The notes below the pieces were generated by a model, which made no database searches, was not told the origin of the DNA, and saw only the letters and a program-made list of their open reading frames with translations. This document shows, piece by piece, positions 27,046 to 35,221 of a stretch of 64,000 nt of DNA (position 1 is its first letter; every line of letters begins with the position of its first letter). Both the position numbers and the translations under genes were made by a program. This stretch comes from a bacterium (GTDB lineage: Bacteria > Patescibacteriota > Minisyncoccia > Minisyncoccales > RBG-13-42-11), in contig JBDRGQ010000004.1 of the NCBI GenBank assembly GCA_043817685.1, forward strand, positions 10,842 to 74,841, in the 5' to 3' direction.

Positions 27046-27391
27046 TAATTATAAAAATGGCTGTTAAGCTGTTTTTATGTAATGAGTAAAGGGCGGCTTA
27101 ATGGCACTCTTTTTATTTGATTTTTTATAAAAAAGAATAATATATTATTGTATGCATTTTATTATTGTTATTACAGCTTGGATAATTTTATTATTTTCTA
27201 TTGTTATATATTTTACCCAATATTATTCTGGCAGTGTGTTGATTTTTTGAACTACCTTCGCTGTTCAATGAAGCTAACGCTTCATTTCGACCTTCGTCAG
27301 GCGATGAAAACTTTGTTTTCATCTTCATCTTCGTTCGCCTTTGGCAAACTTGGTGATTGAATTAAGGTAATTTTAGAAGTAAAATGAATTA

Positions 27392-28156
27392 ATGTTTAAT
27401 TTATTTTATTCTGTATTCATTTTTCTTTTCGGGCTCATAGTCGGTTCTTTTTTAAATTGCATAGTTTATAGATTAGAAAGAAGAAAGAGTTTTTTACGAG
27501 GGCGTTCTTTTTGTCCTAAATGCAATCATGATTTAAATTGGATGGATTTAATCCCTATTTTAAGTTATGTGCTTTTAGCCGGTAAGTGTAGATATTGTAA
27601 AGAAAAAATATCTCTCCATTATCCTGTTGTAGAATTAATTACTGGAGCTTTATTTCTTTCCGTCTTTTTAATGGGTGGTGGTATTTTTGAAATAATTTTT
27701 AATTCCATCATTGTTTCTCTTTTAATTATTATTTTTATTTTTGATTTTAAACATTACATTATCCCAGACAGAATTGTTTATTTGGCTATTCTAATAAGTT
27801 TGGTTTGGCTACTTTATATTAAAGTAGATATATTAACTACTATTTATGCTCTTTTGGTTTCTTTTGGGTTTTTATTGTTAATAGTATTAGTCTCTAAAGG
27901 GAAATGGATGGGGATGGGAGATGTGAAGTTGGCCCTTTTTATGGGTTTATTTTTAGGTTGGCCGAATGTTTTGGTCGCTTTATTTTCGGCTTTTCTCTTA
28001 GGATCTATAGTTGGAGTCTTTTTGATATTAAACAGGAGAAAATCTCTTTCTTCTGAAATTCCTTTTGGTCCGTTTTTAGTGATAGGCACCTTAGTGGCTC
28101 TTTTTAAGGCAGAAGATCTTATAAATTGGTACCTTGCCCTATTTTTGATACAATAG
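27392..28156 (+). CDS. pilD: Prepilin peptidase (A24 family)
   Basis: The N-terminal Cys pairs are present (NCIVYRL..CPKCN..CRYC), as are the catalytic Asp motifs FDFKHYIIPD and GMGDVKL. Confidence 0.85.
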   Translation: MFNLFYSVFIFLFGLIVGSFLNCIVYRLERRKSFLRGRSFCPKCNHDLNWMDLIPILSYVLLAGKCRYCKEKISLHYPVVELITGALFLSVFLMGGGIFEIIFNSIIVSLLIIIFIFDFKHYIIPDRIVYLAILISLVWLLYIKVDILTTIYALLVSFGFLLLIVLVSKGKWMGMGDVKLALFMGLFLGWPNVLVALFSAFLLGSIVGVFLILNRRKSLSSEIPFGPFLVIGTLVALFKAEDLINWYLALFLIQ

Positions 28157-28160
28157 AAAA

Positions 28161-28724
28161 ATGAAAGACAAAGGATTCACTTTAATAGAATTAGTTGTAG
28201 TTATTGCTATTATCAGTATTCTTTCTACTGTTTTTTTGACTAATTATCGTGGAGGAGATAGTGAATTCTCTTTAAAAAGATCTGCCCATAAACTGGCTCA
28301 AGACATAAGGAGCATTCAGGAAAAAAGCATAGCTACCAAAGAATTTAAAGGAGAGTTCCAGGGAGGATTTGGAATTTATTTAACAGAAGGATCTAATCAG
28401 TACGTGCTTTTTGTTGATTGTAATGGCGATGGAATATATAACGGGAGTCTTTTGTCTTGTTCTGACTGCACAGGAGGGTCCTGTATTGAAAACAGATACA
28501 CAGAAGAGATTGAAACACTTTCGTTTGAAGAAGGAGTTTCTGTTTCAACCATATCTTCTTCTGGCGGTAATTTCTTTGTGGTTTTTAATCCACCCGATCC
28601 AACAGTTACTTTTACTCCAGACGATACGGAAGTATCAATCAATCTTCAGGCTCAGGTGGCTGGAAGTCCAAAAAATAAAACAGTGAAGCTTAATAAAGCA
28701 GGGTTAATAAGCGTATTACAATGA
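28161..28724 (+). CDS. Prepilin-type N-terminal cleavage/methylation domain protein (type IV pilin/pseudopilin)
   Basis: The N-terminus is KGFTLIELVVVIAIISIL, the class III signal motif G/FTLIE. Confidence 0.7.
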   Translation: MKDKGFTLIELVVVIAIISILSTVFLTNYRGGDSEFSLKRSAHKLAQDIRSIQEKSIATKEFKGEFQGGFGIYLTEGSNQYVLFVDCNGDGIYNGSLLSCSDCTGGSCIENRYTEEIETLSFEEGVSVSTISSSGGNFFVVFNPPDPTVTFTPDDTEVSINLQAQVAGSPKNKTVKLNKAGLISVLQ

Positions 28725-29218
28725 AGAAAGGATTTACTTTAATAGAAGTCTTATTTGGGATTTTTATCCTTACCGTTTCTGCTTTTGGAGCTTTTTCTTT
28801 AATTCAAAGCAATTTAGTTTCTGCTTCTTTAAATAAATCAAAACTCACAGCTTATTACTTGTCTCAAGAAGGAATAGAGTTAGTTAGAAACATAAGAGAT
28901 GGAAATTGGCTGGAAAAAAGAACCATTCCTGGCGTTAATTGGAACGATGGTTTAGATGTCGGAGAATGGGAAATAGATTATAATGATGGGTCTTTGATTG
29001 CTTATTCAGGTAGATATCTTTATATAGAGGATGCTACTAAACTTTTTGCCTATATAAATGAACCATCCGCTAATGATGAAAAAAGTAAATTTCAAAGAAA
29101 GATAACTATTAGTAATTTGGGAGCTGAGATTATTGAAGCGTCCGTTATTATTTATTGGGCAGAGAGAGGGAGAACTCATGAAGTAGAAGTTATTAGTCAC
29201 TTGTCTAACTGGAGATAA
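28721..29218 (+). CDS. Prepilin-type N-terminal cleavage/methylation domain protein (minor pilin)
   Basis: The N-terminus is MKKGFTLIEVLFGIFILTV. Confidence 0.7.
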   Translation: MKKGFTLIEVLFGIFILTVSAFGAFSLIQSNLVSASLNKSKLTAYYLSQEGIELVRNIRDGNWLEKRTIPGVNWNDGLDVGEWEIDYNDGSLIAYSGRYLYIEDATKLFAYINEPSANDEKSKFQRKITISNLGAEIIEASVIIYWAERGRTHEVEVISHLSNWR

Positions 29219-29219
29219 A

Positions 29220-29783
29220 ATGAATAAAAATGGATACACTTTAATAGAGGTTTTAGCCGCAGTAACCATATTTTTTATAACAACCGCTTCTTTGGTCAGC
29301 TTTTTTACTGGAGCCGTAAAAAGCCAGAGAGAGGCTCTGGCTTCCCAGGAATTAATAGATAATACTTCTTATTCTCTAGAATATATGAGTAGGGCTTTAA
29401 GAATGGCCAAAAAAGATGATATAGGCAGTATAGATTGTTTAACGGGGAGCAAGGTTAATTACGAGCTTACTAGAACTGGCGCAGGAGTAAAATTCAGAAA
29501 TTATAGTAATTATTGTCAGGAGTTTTTCTTAGAAAATGGCAGGTTAAAAGAGTGGAAAGATGTTGAAGGTGTAATAAGTGAAAATTATTTAACTTCTGAA
29601 AATATAGAAGTAACTTATTTTACTATTGGTCCTTCTAGCTCTTGGGATCAGGACGATGATGAACAGCCGAAACTTACAATATTTATGGAAATAAGAGGGC
29701 TACTTACTAATTCGACTCCAACCCAGCCAGTTGTTAAAATTCAAACCACTATTTCTCAAAGAAATCCAGATGTTAGATATTAA
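29220..29783 (+). CDS. Prepilin-type N-terminal cleavage/methylation domain protein (minor pilin)
   Basis: The N-terminus is MNKNGYTLIEVLAAVTIFFITT. Confidence 0.7.
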   Translation: MNKNGYTLIEVLAAVTIFFITTASLVSFFTGAVKSQREALASQELIDNTSYSLEYMSRALRMAKKDDIGSIDCLTGSKVNYELTRTGAGVKFRNYSNYCQEFFLENGRLKEWKDVEGVISENYLTSENIEVTYFTIGPSSSWDQDDDEQPKLTIFMEIRGLLTNSTPTQPVVKIQTTISQRNPDVRY

Positions 29784-30123
29784 AGAAAAAAAAGGAATAT
29801 CATTAATTTTTGTCATTCTGATAGTCAGCGTTATTTTAAATATTGCTTTTGGTGTAAGCAGTATATTAATGACTCAGATCAAGGTACTGAGGGAGATAGG
29901 ATATTCTGTAGTTGCTTTTTACGCTGCAGATAGCGGAATAGAAAATGTTTTATTAACTAGACCGCCTGTTGATATATTAGAAACAGATTTGGGGAATGGC
30001 GCGATATTTAAAGTAGAGGTAATCTCCGGGGGAGAGGGTAGCTGTAGTCCCATTTTGAATTATTGTATTAAATCTATAGGCAGCTATAATGCTGCAAAAA
30101 GAGCCATAGAAATAATATATTAA
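29770..30123 (+). CDS. Pilin-like or PilX-like small membrane-anchored protein (degenerate prepilin motif)
   Basis: The KKGISLIFVILIVSVIL hydrophobic N-terminus lacks the conserved Glu at position +5. I prefer the internal start ATG 29770. It is the last gene before a terminator-like hairpin. Confidence 0.4.
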   Translation: MLDIKEKKGISLIFVILIVSVILNIAFGVSSILMTQIKVLREIGYSVVAFYAADSGIENVLLTRPPVDILETDLGNGAIFKVEVISGGEGSCSPILNYCIKSIGSYNAAKRAIEIIY

Positions 30124-30139
30124 TCTTTTATCCTTGTTT

Positions 30140-30159
30140 CCCCTTTTGGGGATTTTTTG
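30140..30159 (+). terminator. Weak Rho-independent terminator candidate (end of the pilin operon)
   Basis: CCCC-TTTT-GGGG followed by ATTTTTTG. The stem is short. Confidence 0.35.
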
Positions 30160-30201
30160 TTTAGGATGTAAAATAGACCCTTATTTTGATATAATATACA
30201 T

Positions 30202-32232
30202 ATGAATAAAACAGAAGTAAAACAAAGAATGGATAAGTTAAAAGAGATGATTTCGCATCATCGTTATTTGTATCATGTATTAGATAGGCAGGATTTGTCT
30301 GACGAGGCTTTTGATTCTCTGAAACACGAACTGTATATGTTAGAGAAAGATTATCCAGAATTTATTACTTTTGACTCACCGACTCAAAGAGTTGGAGGAG
30401 AACCATTAAAAAAATTTAAAAAAATTAATCATGAAATTCCAATGTTGTCTATAGAAGATATTTTTTTTGAAGAAGAATTGGCTGATTGGGTAAAATATAT
30501 TAAAAAATTAGAAAAAAATACTGATTTTGAGTATTTTGTTGAACCGAAAATTGATGGATTCGGAGTCTCATTAGTTTATGGGGACGGAATATTGCGTACA
30601 GGATCAACCAGAGGGAATGGAAAGATAGGAGAAGATGTTACTCAAAACTTAAAAACAGTAGAAAGTATTCCCTTAAAACTGGAGATAATGGATAAACTTC
30701 CCAATAAAGATATTGAAAATAAAACTAGAAGCTTAATTAATAATGGGAGAATTGAAATAAGGGGTGAAGTTTATATGGAAAAAGCTGATTTTAATGAATT
30801 TAATAAAAAATTAGAGAAAAAAGGAGAAAAACCGTTTGCTAATCCAAGAAACTTGGCAGCAGGTTCAATTAGGCAATTAAACCCTAAATTAGCAGCTTCT
30901 AGGCCCTTAAAATTCCTTGGATACGATATAGTAACTGATATGCTTCAAACTAAACACTCAGAAGAACATCAAATATTAACTGCTTTAGGCTTTAAATCCA
31001 CTAATGGTAAAATATGTAAGAATTTGTTCAATATAGTTAATTTTTGGAAAGAAATAGCAAAAAAAAGAAATAATCTTCCCTATCAGATTGATGGAACAGT
31101 ATTGTCTGTTAATAACAATAAAATATTTAAAAAATTAGGTGTAGCGGGCAAAAGCCCAAGGGGAATTAGGGCTTTTAAATTTGCTCCTAAACAATCTACA
31201 ACCAAAATCTTAGATATAAAAGTTCAAGTTGGAAGAACTGGGGCTATAACTCCCATAGCGATTTTAAAACCAGTTAAAATAGAGGGAGTTACTATTACAA
31301 GAGCCACTCTTCACAATGAATCAGAAATTAAACGGCTTGGAGTCAAAATTGGCGATACTGTAGTTGCAGAAAGAGCAGGAGATGTAATACCCGCTATTTC
31401 TAAAGTAATAAAAGAACTTAGAACAGGAAAAGAAAAAGAATTCTCATTCCCTAAAAAATGCCCAATATGCGAAACGAAATTAATAAAACCAGAAGATGAG
31501 GCAGTTTGGCGTTGTACAAATACTAAATGTCCTGCTAGAAAAAAAGAGATTTTATACCATTTTGTTTCAAAGAAAGCTTTTGACATTGTTGGAATGGGTC
31601 CTAAAATAGTTGAAAAATTAATAACAGAAAAATTAATCTTTCAACCAGCCGATATATTTGAACTAAAAGAAGGAGATTTAGTCCCTTTAGAAAAATTTGC
31701 AGAAAAATCTTCTAAAAACTTAATAAAATCAATTGAGAAAAGTAAAAAGATTGAATTATCTAAATTTATTTTCTCTTTAGGCATAAGGCATGTTGGTGAG
31801 GAGACGGCTATAGATTTAGCAAATAATTTTGGTACGATAGAAAAATTAAAAAAAGCAAAAAAAGAAGAGTTAATAAAAATTCCAGAGGTTGGTGATAAGG
31901 TTGCAGAAAGTATATATAATTGGTTTCAGTCAAAAGAAAGCAATAAATTTCTAGATAGTCTTTTAAGAGTCGGTATTAACATTATTGTTCCCCAAAAAAG
32001 AGGAAGAAAATTAGAAGGAAAGCTATTTGTGTTAACGGGCTCTTTGGATAATATGGCTAGAAATGAAGCTGAAAAACGAATAAGATCTTTAGGGGGCAAT
32101 CCTTCTGGTTCTGTGTCTAAAAATACCAACTATTTAGTAGTAGGTTCAAATCCCGGTTCAAAATTAGCTGAGGCTGAGAAACTGGGCGTAAAAGTTATTA
32201 GAGAAAAGCAATTCTTATCTTTGATCAAATAA
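30202..32232 (+). CDS. ligA: NAD-dependent DNA ligase
   Basis: The adenylation motif EPKIDGFGVSLVY is present, together with a Cys4 zinc finger (CPICETK..CTNTKCPARK), HhH repeats and a C-terminal BRCT domain. An extended -10 (TGATATAAT) lies upstream. Confidence 0.9.
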   Translation: MNKTEVKQRMDKLKEMISHHRYLYHVLDRQDLSDEAFDSLKHELYMLEKDYPEFITFDSPTQRVGGEPLKKFKKINHEIPMLSIEDIFFEEELADWVKYIKKLEKNTDFEYFVEPKIDGFGVSLVYGDGILRTGSTRGNGKIGEDVTQNLKTVESIPLKLEIMDKLPNKDIENKTRSLINNGRIEIRGEVYMEKADFNEFNKKLEKKGEKPFANPRNLAAGSIRQLNPKLAASRPLKFLGYDIVTDMLQTKHSEEHQILTALGFKSTNGKICKNLFNIVNFWKEIAKKRNNLPYQIDGTVLSVNNNKIFKKLGVAGKSPRGIRAFKFAPKQSTTKILDIKVQVGRTGAITPIAILKPVKIEGVTITRATLHNESEIKRLGVKIGDTVVAERAGDVIPAISKVIKELRTGKEKEFSFPKKCPICETKLIKPEDEAVWRCTNTKCPARKKEILYHFVSKKAFDIVGMGPKIVEKLITEKLIFQPADIFELKEGDLVPLEKFAEKSSKNLIKSIEKSKKIELSKFIFSLGIRHVGEETAIDLANNFGTIEKLKKAKKEELIKIPEVGDKVAESIYNWFQSKESNKFLDSLLRVGINIIVPQKRGRKLEGKLFVLTGSLDNMARNEAEKRIRSLGGNPSGSVSKNTNYLVVGSNPGSKLAEAEKLGVKVIREKQFLSLIK

Positions 32233-32233
32233 A

Positions 32234-33322
32234 ATGGACACAATAAACCATTTGAAAAAATTAGACTGGATACTAATTTTATCAGCCATTATATTGGTTG
32301 CCTTTGGGCTAATATCTATTTATAGTTCTTCTTTGGGGGAGGGAGATTTTTTAAATTTCCATAAGCAAATATTATTTTTCGGTATAGGAATTTTGTTAAT
32401 GTTCTTTTTCAGTTTTTTTGATTGGAGAATCTTTAAAGATAATTCTTATTTAATCCTTACTCTTTATTTTATTTGTTTACTTTTATTAATAGGATTATTT
32501 TTCTTTGCCCCGGAAATCAGGGGAGTGAAAAGTTGGTATAAAGTTGGCTCTTTTTCAATTGATCCTATAGAGTTCGCAAAAATAATTTTAATAATTTTAT
32601 TAGCAAAATATTTCTCTACAAGACATGTCGAAATGTATCAGATAAGACATATTTTAGTTTCTGGTTTTTATGTTTTATTGCCAGTGCTTTTAATTTTTTT
32701 CCAACCAGATTTTGGCTCAGTTATAATTTTAATTGCTTTATGGGTTGGAGTTTTAATAATTTCTGGGATTAAACTTCCTCACTTTTTATTATTATTATTT
32801 TGTGGAATTTTAATTTTAACTCTTACTTGGATGTTTTTAATGAAAGATTATCAAAAAGATAGAATTATTAATTTTATTTCTCCAACTGATCCTTTGGGCT
32901 CTGGATGGAGTCAGAATCAAGCAAAAATTGCAGTGGGTTCGGGAGGATTAATTGGTCAAGGAATCGGATCCGGCTCTCAAACGCAATACGGATTCTTACC
33001 AGAACCGCAAACAGATTTTATATTTGCTGCCATAGCAGAAGAAACGGGATTGGCGGGTGTATTTCTTGTTTTTTCGTTTTTTAGTGTTTTATTTTGGAGA
33101 ATAGCTAAAATAATTTTTGATACAAAGAGTAATTTTCCAAGATTATTCGCTATGGGGTTTTCTGTAGTCTTAATTTCACAGATTTTTATCCATATTGGTA
33201 TGAATTTAGGAATAACTCCTATTATTGGGATATCACTTCCTTTTATTAGTTATGGAGGAAGTGGTTTAATAGCTAATTTTGTCGCTTTAGGCATACTTTT
33301 AAACATTAAAAATACGAAGTAA
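32234..33322 (+). CDS. SEDS-family peptidoglycan glycosyltransferase (FtsW/RodA)
   Basis: Polytopic, with the FtsW/RodA/SpoVE-like conserved C-terminal region (PLPFISYGGSGLI). Confidence 0.8.
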   Translation: MDTINHLKKLDWILILSAIILVAFGLISIYSSSLGEGDFLNFHKQILFFGIGILLMFFFSFFDWRIFKDNSYLILTLYFICLLLLIGLFFFAPEIRGVKSWYKVGSFSIDPIEFAKIILIILLAKYFSTRHVEMYQIRHILVSGFYVLLPVLLIFFQPDFGSVIILIALWVGVLIISGIKLPHFLLLLFCGILILTLTWMFLMKDYQKDRIINFISPTDPLGSGWSQNQAKIAVGSGGLIGQGIGSGSQTQYGFLPEPQTDFIFAAIAEETGLAGVFLVFSFFSVLFWRIAKIIFDTKSNFPRLFAMGFSVVLISQIFIHIGMNLGITPIIGISLPFISYGGSGLIANFVALGILLNIKNTK

Positions 33323-33362
33323 TTAAGGGGAATCTTCTAATATCCGATAGGGCCTATTTTAT

Positions 33363-33393
33363 CCACAGTTTTACTTGACTGCGGGTTTTTTTT
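33363..33393 (+). terminator. Rho-independent terminator
   Basis: CCACAGT-TTTACTTG-ACTGCGG forms a 7-bp stem with 1 mismatch, followed by T9. Confidence 0.5.
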
Positions 33394-33447
33394 AAGAGAA
33401 AATATAGTAATATATTTTTCTTAAGTATCGGATATCAAATATCAAAA

Positions 33448-34191
33448 ATGGAGGGAGAAATTACTAATTATATATCACTTCAGCAAGCAACAAACTACTG
33501 TGATTATACTCAAGAGTACTTATCTTTAAGGGCGAGACAAGGAAAATTAAAAGCTGTAAAATTCGGGAGAAATTGGGTTACGAGAAAAGAATGGTTGGAT
33601 GAATATTTACAACAAGTAGAAGAGTACAATAACAATTTAAATGGGAATGGTAACGGGAAAAAAGTTTTGATCTCTGAAAAGAAAAATATTTTCCCGCCAA
33701 AAAATTTACCAATCGCAAAATCCGAGCCGGTATCAAATTTAAGATTTGCATTTTCAATGATACTGGTTTTTGTTTTGTTAACCACTAATAGTGTTTTTGG
33801 AAAAACATCTTTCCAAAATGTTTTCAATAATTTAGATCCATACGTCAAAGAAATTGCTTTATCTGGTGATTTGTTAATGCAACAGTATGGTGAAAGTTTT
33901 GAAAATGTTTACCAACAAATAAATTCCTTCAGTGATAAATTTGCAAACGCTAATTATCAAACTGCAGAAATTGGAGGATTGTTTCAAGAATATGGAAAAT
34001 GGATTTCCGGTCAGTTTAGAGAAATACAAGATGTTTTTGTCGGCGGTTATAAAACTGCAAACAATTCTGTCGAAAATTATTTAGGTGGTTTCGAAGGGTC
34101 AATAGTTTCAATGTATAAAAAAGCTAATGAGTTCACAGAAAATGTATTGGCCAATTTCAGAAGTTCTGTAGTAACAACCCACTTTAAATAA
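33448..34191 (+). CDS. Excisionase/MerR-like HTH domain protein with a single TM segment and an extracytoplasmic C-terminal domain
   Basis: The N-terminus ISLQQATNYCDYTQEYLSLRARQGKLKAVKFGRNWVTRKEWLDEYL matches the excisionase-family HTH pattern. It is followed by an Asn/Gly linker, a TM segment (FAFSMILVFVLLTT) and a roughly 140-aa domain of unknown function. Confidence 0.5.
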   Translation: MEGEITNYISLQQATNYCDYTQEYLSLRARQGKLKAVKFGRNWVTRKEWLDEYLQQVEEYNNNLNGNGNGKKVLISEKKNIFPPKNLPIAKSEPVSNLRFAFSMILVFVLLTTNSVFGKTSFQNVFNNLDPYVKEIALSGDLLMQQYGESFENVYQQINSFSDKFANANYQTAEIGGLFQEYGKWISGQFREIQDVFVGGYKTANNSVENYLGGFEGSIVSMYKKANEFTENVLANFRSSVVTTHFK

Positions 34192-34192
34192 T

Positions 34193-34828
34193 ATGCAAAA
34201 GCTATTAACTAAAACTAAAGAATTGGCAATAGACATGTTTTTTCCGAAAAGATGCTTTAACTGCGGGAAAGAAGGTGAATATATATGTAGAGATTGCGGT
34301 TTATTTCTTTTAGAAACGCCCAATTTAAAGGATATAGGAGGATTGGAAGAATTAGTTAGTGTTTGGGAATATGAGGGAATAATGAAGAAGATTATTAACG
34401 AATCTAAGAAAAATGGAATTTTTGATGTGTTCAACGAATTAATAGATAAGGCATTCAGAGTGAGAGAAAGCAATCTTCCAGAAGACGTATTTATTACTTT
34501 TGTTCCGATGGATAAGAAAGAGGAAAAGAGAATAGGTTTTAATCAATCAAAGCTAATAGCTAAGCGCTTGGGAGAAAAAACAGACAGAAAAGTTATTTCT
34601 TTATTAAGCAAAAAAATAGCTAAAAAACAGGGTGGTTTAGATAGAGAAGCAAGGATTGAGAATGTAAAAGATAAGTTTTACATGAAAGATACGGATTTTA
34701 TTCCTGAGAAAGTGATATTAGTGGACGATATTTGGGTGAGCGGAGCGACAATGACAGAATGTGGCAAGATATTAAAAGAAAACGGAGTTAAAAAGGTCTG
34801 GGGATTTACATTAACAAGATTAGTTTAA
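34193..34828 (+). CDS. comFC: ComF-family protein (phosphoribosyltransferase domain; competence)
   Basis: An N-terminal Cys4 is present (CFNCG..CRDCG), and the PRTase motif VILVDDIWVSGATM. Confidence 0.75.
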   Translation: MQKLLTKTKELAIDMFFPKRCFNCGKEGEYICRDCGLFLLETPNLKDIGGLEELVSVWEYEGIMKKIINESKKNGIFDVFNELIDKAFRVRESNLPEDVFITFVPMDKKEEKRIGFNQSKLIAKRLGEKTDRKVISLLSKKIAKKQGGLDREARIENVKDKFYMKDTDFIPEKVILVDDIWVSGATMTECGKILKENGVKKVWGFTLTRLV

Positions 34829-34833
34829 TATAT

Positions 34834-35130
34834 ATGTTAACTATATTTATTGCGGCATTCGGAGGAGGTTTGTTAAGAGGATTGGTGGGATTCATAAAGC
34901 ACCAGTTTTCTTACAAAAACGTTGGTTTTAGATTTACTTATTTTACTGGGATGATGTTTGTTTCTGGAATCGTAGGATCTGTAGTTGCTCTAGCCATAAA
35001 AGAACTAGGGTTTACCTTATTGGGAGAATTCACTCCGGCTTTAGGATTTATAATAGGATATGCTGGGGGAGATTTTATTGAAAACATTTATAAAATTATT
35101 ATAAAAAAATCAAATCTTTACGAAAAATGA
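34834..35130 (+). CDS. Small hypothetical membrane protein
   Basis: 98 aa with three predicted TM segments and no recognisable motif. Confidence 0.4.
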   Translation: MLTIFIAAFGGGLLRGLVGFIKHQFSYKNVGFRFTYFTGMMFVSGIVGSVVALAIKELGFTLLGEFTPALGFIIGYAGGDFIENIYKIIIKKSNLYEK

Positions 35131-35163
35131 AGCTGTTGAAAACAAACCTAAACAGCTTTTTTA
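35130..35163 (+). terminator. Rho-independent terminator
   Basis: AAGCTGTT-(13-nt loop)-AACAGCTT forms an 8-bp stem followed by TTTTT. Confidence 0.5.
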
Positions 35164-35221
35164 GGATAAACCTCAACAATTGTAAATTGGAAATTATTAA
35201 TTAAAAAGGTATAATAATTTT

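Noticed and set aside
27148-27360. 70-aa ORF in the clpB-pilD spacer.
   Set aside because: It has an extreme Tyr/Cys/Phe/Ser-rich composition and no RBS. It runs through two perfect hairpins, so I treated the region as non-coding structured DNA/RNA.
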